63,996 nucleotides of DNA, filler included, from Parasitella parasitica NRRL 2501 (GCA_025201805.1; 13 parts of 12 records of this genome joined end to end with filler, not necessarily neighbours in it); one strand, 5' to 3'. Positions 1 to 12,699 are shown, counted from the whole stretch's first letter. Notes: generated by a model from the letters alone, not told the origin. A program made the numbers and translations.

Positions 1-147
1 ACCTGTCGATTTGATAATAAAACCTATACCTTATCAAGTTGACTTTATTGTTTTTTTTATTATAATTTTTTTCCGTGAATCCATATAACAATTTATACCG
101 ATTCCACAAACTCAACAACATGACATGTTCATGCGACAATAAATACA

Positions 148-328
148 ATCTATCGTTTCACTCTCTAAATCACACCATGTCTCACACTTGTATCTTATAT
201 TCCCATCAGTCCACTTAGATTCACTAGTATATAAACCATCATTTTTTCCATGTAATAAACGAGATCTTTACCTGATTAATTCACAACAACCGTTATATTT
301 GAATAATTTCTCATTCTGATATATCAAT
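148..328 (+). repeat. LTR-like repeat segment (family A)
   Basis: Near-identical copies at ~53139-53318 (+) and ~21390-21570 (-); contains TATATAAA followed by AATAAA, as expected in an LTR. Confidence 0.7.
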
Positions 329-529
329 GTCATATTATATTATGACCTGATGTTTTAATCATCAGAGTATGAGTTTATATTGTATTGGCATCCGCTTTTA
401 GAATTGATACATCAGATAATTTGAAAATTAGACCTGAAGAACAAAGTAGGAAATGTTATTATGCTAGAATCTTCTTGAAGTTATATTTTATAGCGAATTC
501 AAAGATATATAAACACTGTTATTGATATA

Positions 530-680
530 ACATGGCAAGTTGTCACATCAGGATCTCAGATCAATCCCAGGGTCTTACAGTAAATCATGGGTAGTCATGA
601 TTTACATTATGCAGCTAAACAGTAGAGCCCTAGTATAATGAACGTGTATATAATACATCGAGAGATGTATTATCAATAAA
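530..680 (+). repeat. Dispersed repeat, probably LTR-derived
   Basis: Near-identical to ~61153-61304; window bases ~2-37 also recur at ~61103-61140. Confidence 0.65.
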
Positions 681-931
681 AGTGTAATTCTTTGGCAGAT
701 TTATTCTATCAGACTTTTGACATAACACAGCAGACTAAAGATAGTTTAGCTCTATGTGAGTGAGTAGTAGATAGACTTTACCAAAGGTATCCTGATCAAT
801 CTTCCATACAAAAATTATAAATATAAATCCATAAGCGTATATTATCTCTAGTATAGTGTTATTTAGCCTGTATTAACTATACATGTCTGAGCGTATATCA
901 CTTGGTATTAATTTTAGCATATATCGGTATA

Positions 932-3348
932 CTGGATTTTTCTTTTGAGATTACGCATACTGGTTTTGAATTACGCACCAGACAAATCTCAATTGCGCCC
1001 CAGAATTTTTGAATTACGCATATGAAACTTTTGAATTACGCACCTTATAAATTTGAATTGCGCATTAAAAAATTCGAATTACGTACAAAAAAATCCAATT
1101 GCGTACTGGATATTTTTATTCATTTGACAGACTTAAAGCAAGCGCTCACGGTTCAAGNNNNNNNNNNNNNNNNNNNNNNNNNNNNNNNNNNNNNNNNNNN
1201 NNNNNNNNNNNNNNNNNNNNNNNNNNNNNNNNNNNNNNNNNNNNNNNNNNNNNNNNNNNNNNNNNNNNNNNNNNNNNNNNNNNNNNNNNNNNNNNNNNNN
1301 NNNNNNNNNNNNNNNNNNNNNNNNNNNNNNNNNNNNNNNNNNNNNNNNNNNNNNNNNNNNNNNNNNNNNNNNNNNNNNNNNNNNNNNNNNNNNNNNNNNN
1401 NNNNNNNNNNNNNNNNNNNNNNNNNNNNNNNNNNNNNNNNNNNNNNNNNNNNNNNNNNNNNNNNNNNNNNNNNNNNNNNNNNNNNNNNNNNNNNNNNNNN
1501 NNNNNNNNNNNNNNNNNNNNNNNNNNNNNNNNNNNNNNNNNNNNNNNNNNNNNNNNNNNNNNNNNNNNNNNNNNNNNNNNNNNNNNNNNNNNNNNNNNNN
1601 NNNNNNNNNNNNNNNNNNNNNNNNNNNNNNNNNNNNNNNNNNNNNNNNNNNNNNNNNNNNNNNNNNNNNNNNNNNNNNNNNNNNNNNNNNNNNNNNNNNN
1701 NNNNNNNNNNNNNNNNNNNAAACGAATGGGCATGTCTTATCCATCCTTCGCAGTCGCTCACTATAACCTTCTTGGCTGACTCAATGATACGGTCACTGAG
1801 GTTTGATGTTACAGTGAGAGTATCTCTCTTGATACCAGCCTTCACCTTCGACCAGAACTCCTCGATTGGGTTGAGAAAAGGAGAGTAAGGGGGAAGATAG
1901 GCTGCCTTATAACCACGAGATTCAATGAGGTTAGCTACCTCTGGGCTCTTGTGAATTGGAGCATTGTCCATCACAATATAGCGTCCGTTCATTTCGTGAC
2001 GATCTAGCTCATCCAAGAGACCAGAAAGAAAGTGAAGAAAGTGTACTGTGCGAGTTCCAACTCTACTGACAACTTTCGTAGTCTTCTGCTCAGCCTCTTC
2101 GTTCTCCAGCTTTCTTTTCTTTGAGCTTGCTACCTTCTTAACTTGCGCCTGAGGTCTCTTCAAACTCAAATCAATGATGCCCAGCTCACAAATAGCACCC
2201 ACAATCGTGATTAAAACACCTCTATTGGCCGGGACAATAACTCTAGCAGGCTTTCCTTTGATTGATCGGCCAAAATTTCTTCGGATATGCAGGTTGAAGC
2301 CTGCTTCGTCAACAAAGACACAGTTGCTCTCCCATCTCATGTCAGGGTCTTTTGTCCATTCCAAGACTCTAGCGTGTCTGGTGTCGATGGTGGTTTGTGC
2401 TCCTCTGGGGGCGGTGAACTTGTCAAGCTTTTTGAGTGTTACTGAGGCCTTGTTCACCAAGTGCTTGTGCAAGGCTGACAAAGTGATACTGTAAATCTCT
2501 GGAAAGGTATTCAACAGCATATCTCGAGCTTCCCATAGAGTTAAGTCTGCTCTCTTGTCAAAAACCTCGCATAAAAAGTCGGTATGCTCTTGATAAAGCT
2601 TTCGGTTGTTGGCAAAGCTAATATTAGCAGCGCTTCGAGGCAGAGGTACTCGCTTCTCATCGTCGTCCTTGTATTTTTTGACGTAGTACTGCGCTGTCCT
2701 TACATTGATTCCAATAAGCAAGCCTGCTGCCCGGGCAGACATACCAACCATCATCACCAGATCAATCAATTCCTGAATCTGTTGAGGAGAATAGTTACGG
2801 TATGTCCGCTTCCCTGACTTGTCTGCAGAGGGCTTGCTCTTCTTTTCAGTCTTCTTATCCTTTACAGTCTGATTCTCTGTGCTCTCAGTGTTCAAAGAGT
2901 AGTCTTGCTGGTCTACTGCTTTCCATTGTTGGAAGTCGCTCAGCTTGACCAGAGCTTTCATCCCGAGTTGATCCTCTTTTGTTGGTGCTGGCTTCTCTTG
3001 ACCAGGCTGCCAGCTGTGCCACTCAAGAGCAACGGTCTCAGCTACATCTGGTAGAACTTCGAGTTCCATAGGTTCTGTTGCGACATAGTCGTCAGTGACG
3101 TTGAAGCAGTGCATATACTCATCGGGTACGGTGTTGTCGTTCATTTTGTGAATAAAAGTTAATAAAAATATCCAGTACGCAATTGGATTTTTTTGTACGT
3201 AATTCGAATTTTTTAATGCGTAATTCAAAAGTTTCATATGCGTAATTCAAGAATTCTGGGGTGCAATTGAGATTTGTCTGGTGCGTAATTCAAAAAAGCT
3301 GATGCGTAATTGAAAACCAGTATGCGTAATCTCAAAAGAAAAATCCAG
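932..3348 (-). mobile_element. Tc1/mariner (IS630-Tc1) DNA transposon with ~190-bp TIRs and TA target duplication
   Basis: Left TIR 932-1120 is the reverse complement of right TIR ~3161-3348; TA at 930-931 and 3349-3350; encloses a transposase ORF. Confidence 0.93.
1720..3144 (-). CDS. DD34E transposase (3' end runs into N gap; likely start MNDNTV at 3144)
   Basis: Motifs FVDEAGF, VMDNAPIH and LPPYSPFLNPIEEFW, with 34 residues between the second D and the E; N-terminal HTH-like region. Confidence 0.93.
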
Positions 3349-3855
3349 TATGTTGCATGTCTATAGCATTACACGTATTGTCCACCAAGCCTGTTGTACA
3401 AAACGTAACTGTAACTAGCATCATGGATATAAGTATATGTCTTGTAGTACGTATCTGAAAACTGCGAATACGCGTCAGAAGCATAGATCTTATATGGCAT
3501 CATAAGCTCGTAGCAAATAATAAACCGAGTAAATATAAATACAAGGCTCGTGTCGAGATATAAGTATGAGTATAGGTCTATAACGTCACCCAGCCTAATG
3601 GTAACATCTCTAGCCTATATCCTTTATAGTATAAATTTGTAAGGTACTTATTATTAACAGTGCACATACTGCACGATGTAGTCTATATTAATTTAAGGTA
3701 ACTGGATGAATGTAGAAGTAGAACGCAGATTATCATAGTAAATGTATTTTAAAGAAAGCAAGTAGTCAATGGGGAATACCAGCTGCAATGAAAGACTTTT
3801 TTTTATACTTGACAAGTTTTGATTCCGCGAGCGAAGGAACAGAGCCCAAATTTAA

Positions 3856-4003
3856 CACCATGGCTAACTTCAGTGCTATTATTTTTCACATTTATCATCA
3901 GTTCTAATGACTAGTGATCAGGTGTATTACTGGATGACTGGTGATAAACCTTTTTATCACTAGTGATGCTTTTATCACAAAGACTAAATTCATGACCAGT
4001 GAT
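3856..4003 (+). mobile_element. Terminus of a putative DNA transposon (CACCATGGC end with GTGAT/ATCAC subterminal repeats)
   Basis: Same terminal 9-mer occurs in reverse at 22723-22731 and 61869-61877, each with a subterminal short-repeat array. Confidence 0.55.
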
Positions 4004-4103
4004 NNNNNNNNNNNNNNNNNNNNNNNNNNNNNNNNNNNNNNNNNNNNTTAATTAATTAANNNNNNNNNNNNNNNNNNNNNNNNNNNNNNNNNNNNNNNNN
4101 NNN
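4004..4103. other. Artificial contig linker N44-TTAATTAATTAA-N44 (first of 12; others start near 22461, 25897, 42911, 45709, 47668, 53038, 55117, 57284, 59493, 61305, 62881)
   Basis: Identical 12-mer with stops in all six frames, centred in 100-bp N blocks. Confidence 0.97.
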
Positions 4104-4583
4104 TTTTTTTTTTTTTTTTTTTTTTTTGCAAATTCTTCATATCTATAACATCAGCCGTTACTATGAATCAGAGAAACCGCAACAGAAGTGGTCAAAGGCT
4201 TAAATATTAACATTTTATCTATGAAAAAGTTCGAGCGCCTATAATTACCACTTTCAAAAGCATGTACATTACACTTCCAAGAGTATTGCTGCATTATTTA
4301 CTGTCAAGATAAAACAATGCGACATAACACTGTGTAGCAGTGTGTACCAATACAAAGGAGAAGCAATAAGAATATACAAGGATACCTCAAATCCGTGAGC
4401 ATACATATTATTCTTCATACGTGTCCACTATACAGAAAGAGCACTGATGAGAATTCAATTATTGGGCTATATCTGTAAGAATATGTACTTCGACAGTTTA
4501 AAGTAATAACTAAAAAAAAAAAAGAATACAATGACTTGCTGGGATTCGACAAACAGGAAAAAGAAAAAAAAAACTTTCTTTAC

Positions 4584-4810
4584 CTTTGAACCTTGGAAGT
4601 CTTCATTTGTCTTGCATGGCGATCACTTGCAACAGCACGCGGTTGACCCCAGTCATCATCCTGGTGCAGAATGTGGTGCTGCGCCTGAATGCCCATATTG
4701 TTACTTCCCATGCCTATATCTTCAACCTCATTGCTATGAGGGTCAATAGATGACAGCGATGCAGGAAGAATGCTGGGGCCAACATGCAGTTGGTTCAATT
4801 TACGGAGCAA
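4584..4810 (-). CDS. Probable exon of a small hypothetical protein
   Basis: Protein-like ORF (HHILHQDDDWGQPRAVASDRHAR) ending at an AG|GTAAAG donor; other exons not resolved. Confidence 0.35.
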
Positions 4811-5199
4811 AAAAAGATAGATACTATGGCAGAAGAAAAAGAATTCCTAAAGTGCACCAATACTTTCCGAAAAAGGTGTAAACATGTGTTTTTTGTACTT
4901 TATATATATTTAACTCTACTATCCTTACTATGTATATACCTCCTATTAATTACATTCTTTCCGTGAACAATATGTATTAGTCGAAAGTCTAAATGAGGGT
5001 ATTTTTCATTTGGAGCTGGGTAGGAGAGAATCAACGAGGAAGAGCACAATACAATGAAATGGGAAGACAAAGTTCGCCCACATCACCTATAAACGTTAAC
5101 CCACGCAAGATTTGATTGTGAAGAACAGGATTCACAGGAAAAATTGGTTGATAAAGGTTTAAATGCTGAAACGGAATAGAAAAATCATCACGATGGCTA

Positions 5200-5900
5200 C
5201 TCTAAGCAAAGCTTCATTTTGTTTATTGTAATAAGGCAAGTGACACAGAAATAGACCAAGAGACTTGAAAGGAAGCAAAGCTTAGAACATCTTGAAAGAA
5301 AAACTAACAAAACCACCGACTTATAGGTGCATCTTGATGAAAGACATGAGATTTTATCTAGTCAAATTTTATGATCATAACGCTAAAACCAGGATTGTAG
5401 ATTCGTACTCATTAAAGAGCTTGAAGGCTTTACATTAAAGGAAATCAGTTTGCGAAAGAAGAGCGTATCTTTCACTCGAAAGTTAGAAACGATTTATCAA
5501 AAATCATATAGCATAAATTGAAACTTAGAGTAGGGAAACATGAACTATCTTTAAAATCAAGTTTTTATGGATGAATCGAGTTTTGACATCAACATGAGAC
5601 CTCCTGAAGGATGGTCTGCTATGGTTATATAAGCTGCTAATGATCGCTTCAAATACTAAAGTGTAATTTTTGAAATAAGTTGTGTCGATGGAAATTAGAA
5701 ACTAAAAAGTGTACTCATCGAAAAGATTATAGATGGTCGAGGCAAATTGTCAAGAGAGAACATGATCCTAGACAAAAATTTCCAGAGACACTGTCGTCAA
5801 CTATTATTGTTATGTACATTTTATTTGCATTCATCAGATGAAAGGATGCTACACAGTGATGATAATGCGCCCATTTCCATAGAGATAACAGCAGCTGAAT
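5200..5900 (+). pseudogene. Degenerate Tc1-like transposase
   Basis: MDESSFDINMRPPEGWSA at ~5568-5620 and DNAPI at ~5861, broken by stops and frameshifts. Confidence 0.7.
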
Positions 5901-6462
5901 CCTGTCTACATTATATGTATTATTTTATCTTGATCAATAGGAATTTATTTATCGAAACAAGAAGGTTGTAATACATCAATATACATGTTTCATGAGTTTC
6001 GAAATTTTTCTCATTAGGTAAGAGAATAGATTAGTGGTAGGCCATGCGTCTACACAATATATACAACTCTCCTTTTTTGAAAACATTCCCATATATATGT
6101 ATTCAATTGACAACATCTAGTCTGGGCAAAAAAAAAAAAAATTGAATTGGTTGTTGATTTCCTTGTTCACATGTTGCGCATGCAAAAAGAAGCTGTTTCT
6201 ACAAAAGCGTCGAGGCGTCATCATCAAAAACAGCAAAAGCATGTTGAAATCAATGGCTTGTTATAGCTAATATCGGCATCTTTTTTTAGTCGATACAGAT
6301 GAATTCATAGTGCACTCTAACGATTCCCTTTTTTTGCTTGTGCTGTTGTTTTTATTCCTTGTGTACCCCCCTATTTCCAGCCTTATAAAATACAATCATT
6401 ATTAAACCGAGCTTTTCACTCGTTTCTCTTTCACGTTTACCATTCAAATCATATTCACAAAA

Positions 6463-6942
6463 ATGCACAATCATTCACATAACCATCATGGCCCAAAACG
6501 ACAACAACAAAATCTGCCCAGTTTACATCATTTAATGTTACCGTCTCCCCCGCTAAACTATTATAACAAATATCTACCACAACCACAACCACAACCACAA
6601 TCTTCGCATTCATACCCAGTGAATACATCTTCATACCATTATTCACCACAGCCGCCCAAGATACCACGCATGGAGTTCCTTGATTACGATGAACCAATGG
6701 ACCTGCTACCTTCAGATAACCAAGTCTTGAACGATGTCTCCATGTTCTTCTTTGGTACTGGCTACAGCAAAATGACACTGTATCAATCATCATCTATACC
6801 CTCAACACCATCATCTCCAGCGCCACCTTACAACGATTTCACCTTATTTGATCCCCTAGAACAAATATACTCTTCAACTTCATCGTGTAAAGGGAGAATG
6901 ATACCTGATTTGAATGCCTCTTCGTATTCTTCTTTTTATTAG
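6463..6942 (+). CDS. Hypothetical Pro/Ser/His-rich protein (159 aa)
   Basis: Uninterrupted ORF with AAAAATG context and upstream TATAAAA (~6384); no recognisable domain. Confidence 0.65.
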   Translation: MHNHSHNHHGPKRQQQNLPSLHHLMLPSPPLNYYNKYLPQPQPQPQSSHSYPVNTSSYHYSPQPPKIPRMEFLDYDEPMDLLPSDNQVLNDVSMFFFGTGYSKMTLYQSSSIPSTPSSPAPPYNDFTLFDPLEQIYSSTSSCKGRMIPDLNASSYSSFY

Positions 6943-7381
6943 ATCTGTCTTGTCGTTATTTTGTACAAATAAATATATATATACATAGATGCAAAGTGAT
7001 TCCATTCCAGTTGTTGATCTCGAGGATTTTTACTTTATTATCTCTTATTTTCCAATTAAGTCATATCGTTGTCTAGGAAACCAGCCCTTTTCGTCGTCAT
7101 CAAGGATGCACTATCAATTTTCTTTGAAAATAATGGAATATAGAGATGATTTTCTTGCTGTGTTTTAAGCTGCTGCTGTTGCTGTACTCGAAGAAAACTA
7201 GGTCTGTTAGTAAATGTTTCCTCCTATCTACATCTTGCAATCAGCAATTCAAAAGTGAGGCGTACTCATCCAACCAAGCAATATAACCAGAAGCTTCTTT
7301 TTTTTTTTCTGCGTGGATTAGATATATATACAAGTGCCAAAATCTAAGGATGTTTTAAAATTATGATCAAATTGAGCAAGT

Positions 7382-9568
7382 TTATTGAGTGCTACTAGAG
7401 GATTTCTTCTTTTTATTACTACTGGAAGACTTCTTTTTTTTGCCCTTCTTCTTTGATTTCTCTAACGTTGGCTGTTCAACAGTTTCTGGTGTGATATCCT
7501 ATATTTACAGTCATCATTTCAATAAAAAGATTTTTTATATTCTTTTCATTCCTCAGCAGACTTACGATATTAACAATTTCTTGCTCTGTTTGGTGATGCC
7601 ATTCATGTTCTTGCTCTGCTATTGGTTTCGATTGACCTATTGACCATGGATTTTCATTTGATCCGCCAATCTCCTCATACCCACCTACAAATCCGCTTTG
7701 GAATGTGGGCGATTCCATAAACGGGCTTTCAGATGCAAAAAGTGAATCGCTTGGACGAATCCTATTATCCTCATCTTCGCTGTCTGATACCACTTGGGGC
7801 CCTGATAGCCTTCGCAAGCTATGGGTCCAAACGTCGTTCAGCTCGCTTTTGAATACTGGCTGGTATTCTTCCTCTTCTTCTATTTGGTCTGGCTCTGGTT
7901 CTGGTTCTGGTTCTTCTTCTTGTATTTGTTCGTCTTGCACAGCGACGTGTTGCTTATGGATGTCTGCTGGCCTGCTATAAAAAATAGGCTCTACATCCTC
8001 ATCACCCAACACCATAGGATTACCGGGCCGTTCGTCATCTGAGTCTTGTTTGCCAGGCGCAGGCAAATCGATGTGTGCATCAGCATCTTCGCCAAACCAG
8101 TCGTCGTTCAATTCATCGTCCACATTAAAATCAACAACTGTAGGAATTTGTTCAGAAACCAACTTGACATCTTTCGTCTTTTTTGATTTGACAGGAGATG
8201 TTGGCACGGGCGGTGTTTCTTGGCGACGAGGGAAGCCGTCCAGTATGGTAGGATGATCCGATGCAATATCCTCGAGTTCTTGATCCCAAGCTGATTTCAT
8301 TTCTTCCTCCTGCCTTGCCAGCCTCGGTTCAGACGCTGTATTCAGGCTTTAGAATAACAGACGATGAGATTTTACATACATAGTTCTTACGTTGATTAAA
8401 GTTATCTTGTCCTCTTCTTCTCTGCATGCCTGTAGGCACATCGTCATCTGTATCCAGAGTTTCCAGCAAGTCCACAATCTCCACTGCCTTCAACTCCAAT
8501 TGTTTGTTGAGGGATTCAATCATCAGCTGTAAGAAGGGGACCCCCAGATACTCATAAATGTACTTCAACCCTAGTCCAGTTTGCATACTTGTCTCGGCAT
8601 AGCGAATCAAATTAGGCTTAATTGCCCCCCTTTTGATTCTATCTTGGTTGTGCTCGTATAGGGTGGCATGAACTGCATCCATTTCTACTTTTCTCTCTTG
8701 CTCTTTGTCGCAAAAATTACCCAAAACAAGAACTGCCACGCTTTCAGGCACATTTCCCAGTTCCTTGTTGACGTAATCAAATGTCCATGGTTTAGTTGTA
8801 TCAAATATCAAAATAACTCCATGCGTGTTGCGATACACGTTCACTGTGGAGGCATCCAATCCCATTGAAACATCCTGATCCTCCTCTTGCGGTTGCTGCG
8901 TTGATTGGCTTGGTGACACGGCGCTGTTAATTTGTGGATCGCTAGGCTTATGCTCCAGCTTGATGCCCTTACTTCCAGGCCTGCTTTTGTTGTATGCTTT
9001 ATCTACAACATCCCAGACTTCGATCTTGACAACATCGTTCGAATCTTGAAAAATGTCAATGGTCCTTATTTAAGATGAAAAAAAAAAAAAAAAAAGTCTT
9101 TGAAAATAGTGTACCTTTGTAATGCCAGGGTATATTTGCCACTTGGATCTGTGGGGTAGAAGTGTATTCTTGTTCGAAATCAGCTCCCTGTAATCGATGG
9201 ACTTTTCATGTTTTTTTTGCTCTGTTAATTTGTTGCATAAACTGGGACATGGCATCAGACTTACATAGGTTACTTTTGCCCGTCATGACATCTCCTCGTA
9301 ATACAATCTTCACTATAAATGTACATACAAATAAGCATCAGAACAGCCATACTAAATGAGACAAGCCGTTGATTTACTGTTGTATTGAACGCCCTTTCGA
9401 AATGCATTGCTCATGGTTTTGAAAGATTGTTGTGAAGAGGCTACTTGAGGTGCAACAGATTCCTGGAATGTATTAATTTTAGCATGTAGTATGCAAAATT
9501 GATCATTCGAATGTAATACACACCTTTTTTGCTGCCGTTCCTCCTCCAAAAGACCACCAAGAACTCAT
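7382..9568 (-). CDS. RABL6: Rab-like protein 6 (RABL6/RBEL1) homolog, multi-exon
   Basis: Spliced translation includes FRKGVQYN, KIVLRGDVMTGKSNL, SNDVVKIEVWDVVDKA, VYRNTHGVILIFDTTKPWTFDYV and LVLGNFCD, matching the RABL6 GTPase domain; acidic middle and Lys-rich tail; ATG 9568, TAA 7382-7384. Confidence 0.85.
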
Positions 9569-9895
9569 TGTTTTGTATTATGTGAGAATGAAGAAATAGG
9601 GCGCATACTTTTTGTATGCAGCTTGCTACATAACTTTTTTTTTTTTTTTTTTCTAATTTAATGACGTAAAATTTTCAAGTTATCAGGTTAAATGAGACGT
9701 TGTCATGGGAATCTAAAGTCATTCGAGTTGGCAAGAACCAATTTTACTCGTTAACATGATTTGAAGATGGCAAAAGCGGCCTGATAGAAACGCACGTAAT
9801 AAACTAGCTTTTTACAGTGTTGATAAAAAATCCCAGTTTATTCTACAATACATAAATTTAGGAAGAAAAAGGAAATAAATTAGGGTAAACTTCTA

Positions 9896-11590
9896 TTATA
9901 AAGATGAGGATGGAGATGTGTTTCTAGATGTTGATGAATTATTGTTGTTAGGCTTGATAATATCACGTTCAACTTGCTTGATCTTTTCTTGCGTCTTTTT
10001 TTTCCAGTTTGGGTGCTCGTTTTTGTTAATTACAGCTTCGGGAGCATCGTTCAGAGAATCTTCCACAACGATATGATTTCCTTCCTCCCACACTTCAATT
10101 CGAGGATGAATGTTTCCAGTATGATGGCCGAGCATATCTTTACCATTATGTTCATTCGTCACAGGTGTGAGCTCATTTGTTGATGAGTGATTACCCAGGT
10201 TGTGATCTTTAACTCTTTTGAACAAGCCCTTGATGCCGCCATTGCCGCTTTTGGGTTGCTGGGCTGTGCTGTCTTCTCCCACTGATTCCTCCCCATTTTT
10301 GGTGCTTTGGCGCATTATCCAGCCTTTCAGACTGGGGACGCTGGTTTCATTACGATCTGTATTGGACAATGGCGAACTTTGCATTGCTGTTCCTACACGA
10401 GGCTTTACCGGCTCCAAAAATCGAATAGCTTGGTTTGTTTCAAAAGAAATGGAACTGCCTCGTCTCGGATCCTCGTCAAACTTTTGGTTTGTCAATACCA
10501 CTTTAGATGAGCTGGTATTGTTCACCGTCTCTGATGAATCATCAGGCAAAAAATCTTCCTCTGCCAAATCCGAGTCAGATTCATGGCGATGATCGTGCAT
10601 GTCGATAGCGATGCCATTACTTTCCTTGTTGTTCTTGTTGCGTTCATGCTGCAGCGTATTATACAACGTGTTTCTCTCCAGTTCGGTCAACTTTTCTTCC
10701 TTGTGGTGATGGTGATGGTGTTGGTGGTGCTCTCCGTCTTTTTTATGGACTTGCTGGCCGAATTGCAATTTCGGCAACCTTAATACTTGGTTACTGTTGA
10801 TGCTTGAAATCGATAGCGTTCTTGTTCGAATTCGTTTCCCGAGCTTAAACAAGGGAATCGTAGTTCCATGCACAATAACCGAACAAAAGACGATGAACAG
10901 TACTACGGGGCTGATAACTCGGATTGAAACGGGGGCTTCTTTGCCCTCATAGGCAATCTCTAATTCCTCCTTTGCAATGATAGACAGAAATACTGCGCCT
11001 ACGCCCATGGGACCAAACCACCCGCTGAAGATGGCTTCTCGATAAGTCTTCATGGCTGGCATCACTGGTTTCAGCAAAAGCACAATAGGTAGTCTTCGGA
11101 AAAATAAGACCAGGATGCCAATGACAACCAAGCGCCATGGAGTCAATCCCAATTCAGCATTACCAAAATCGGACCAGGGCTTTTTTTGATGATTATATAC
11201 ATGATAGAAGATATGTGTTGGTAAACATTTATGCAGGCCTATTTATGCAAACTTACAATAATGGCACCAATGTACACAAATATGGCCAGGTTCAACATCA
11301 TGTCAATCACCTCTTGGAAGTGTGCTTCTTCCGTTTCATGTCTAAACCAGTCGTCCCATGAAAACGCATTTCCAGCAGCAAAACAGGCCAACAGATCATC
11401 GCTGCCAGAGAATCCGGTCATGCTCATTAAAAATAGCTTTTTGTTGTGAGGAGAGCAGTTGATATTAATATCACATGAATAGAAAAAGGGGGAGATTACT
11501 TACTGCCAGTGCAATCGCAAATGCAAGAAACGACGGTTTATCGATGAGATGGCTGGTCAAGAGCATTTTAGCTGTGATATTTCTGGACAT

Positions 11591-11630
<40 letters not shown>

Positions 11631-12699
11631 CAACTTACTTTCTCTCGGACCACTGCAGCACTTTTCTGGCTACATAGCCTACCACAATGCCTATGACACA
11701 GGAAAGTGCAATTTGAAATAAACAGGTGATGTAAATCCATTTTCCAATTGCAGTGCCAACATTGTCCTCTGCTATCAGAAAAATAGCCAGAAACAAAAAT
11801 GGAAACCCCATTCCATCATTTGCTCCACTTTAGCAGAAAATTAATACTAATAAATTCGGGTATAATACATCATTCATTGCTATTATTACCTTTCTGCAGA
11901 TAAGGCGTTCCTGATATGCGCTGGAACATGCTTTTCCGCAAATCTCCCTTTCACCACTGAATTGGCCAATATCTACATTGTAATGTCAGCATATTATCAT
12001 ACGACACTATGCTTCTTCACTTACAGGATCGGTTGGGCAAATACAAGCAGATATCACAAGGGCCTCCAACTAGGTGGTAGATTGTTTTAGAATAGGATAT
12101 TTCAAATTTCGTGTATGTTTTTTCGTCGTACATAATTGATTGGGGGAACTAAACCCCATATAAACAATCCACTTATGAGCCACATGAACATCATTGTAGG
12201 TATCAGCAGCATTGTCATAGTCAGCCATTCCTTTTTCATGTAATGTCTACATGATAATTCGGTGTGTTGGTTATATGCTTGTCTTTAAATGCTACAGCAC
12301 CTTACTTTGGTAACTCAATTCCAACAGCCATCACCTAAAAAGCATCATTAATGTGATCTGCAGTCTATAGGAGATATATCGCAAGTACCTGAATAGCAAT
12401 GATACATCTAGTCAACTGCTTCGTGATTTCATCGTGATCTGCCCAGCTGTATGGATTGAATCCGTTTGTAACTAATGGGCCTGCTATAATTCCGACGATC
12501 ACCGCCACCACTGTTGAACAAAGTTAGTAACAAGTCGAGCATTAGATCAGATCATCATATATCCATTACATGCTTCGGAGAGAAATAGTCTTTCTTTCAG
12601 GAACATGGAAATATACCCAAAGAATAAGATGAATCCACTCAAAATCGCTATAGCAATTGTAAATGTAGATATTTCGCCCGGAATAACATTGATTGTCAT
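9896..12699 (-). CDS. NHA1: Plasma-membrane Na+(K+)/H+ antiporter, Nha1/Sod2 (CPA1) family, multi-exon
   Basis: Motifs KERLFLSEA, PTDP/LANSVVKGRFAEKHVP, SGANDGMGFPF, SDDLLACFAAG and GWFGPMGVGAVF; long hydrophilic C-terminal tail. Confidence 0.92.
11593..11629. repeat. (CA)n microsatellite inside an NHA1 intron
   Basis: About 18 AC units. Confidence 0.95.

Noticed and set aside
948-1105. CRISPR-like repeat/spacer array
   Set aside because: Repeats are only 10 bp with ~11-bp spacers, are mirrored in the other TIR, and lie in a eukaryotic transposon with no cas genes
1022-1888. ORFs spanning N runs (also 37924-38175 and others)
   Set aside because: Artefacts of translating through gaps
3145-3237. 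N-terminal extension MKLLNYA.. of the transposase
   Set aside because: Lies within the TIR (same peptide appears at 1022 from the other TIR); real start is more likely 3144
4048-4059. Recurrent TTAATTAATTAA palindrome as a biological motif
   Set aside because: Always centred in 100-bp N blocks; an assembly spacer with six-frame stops
7705-8256. Plus-strand ORFs over RABL6 (likewise antisense ORFs over NHA1, samB, GT71 and gag-pol)
   Set aside because: Antisense shadows of real coding exons
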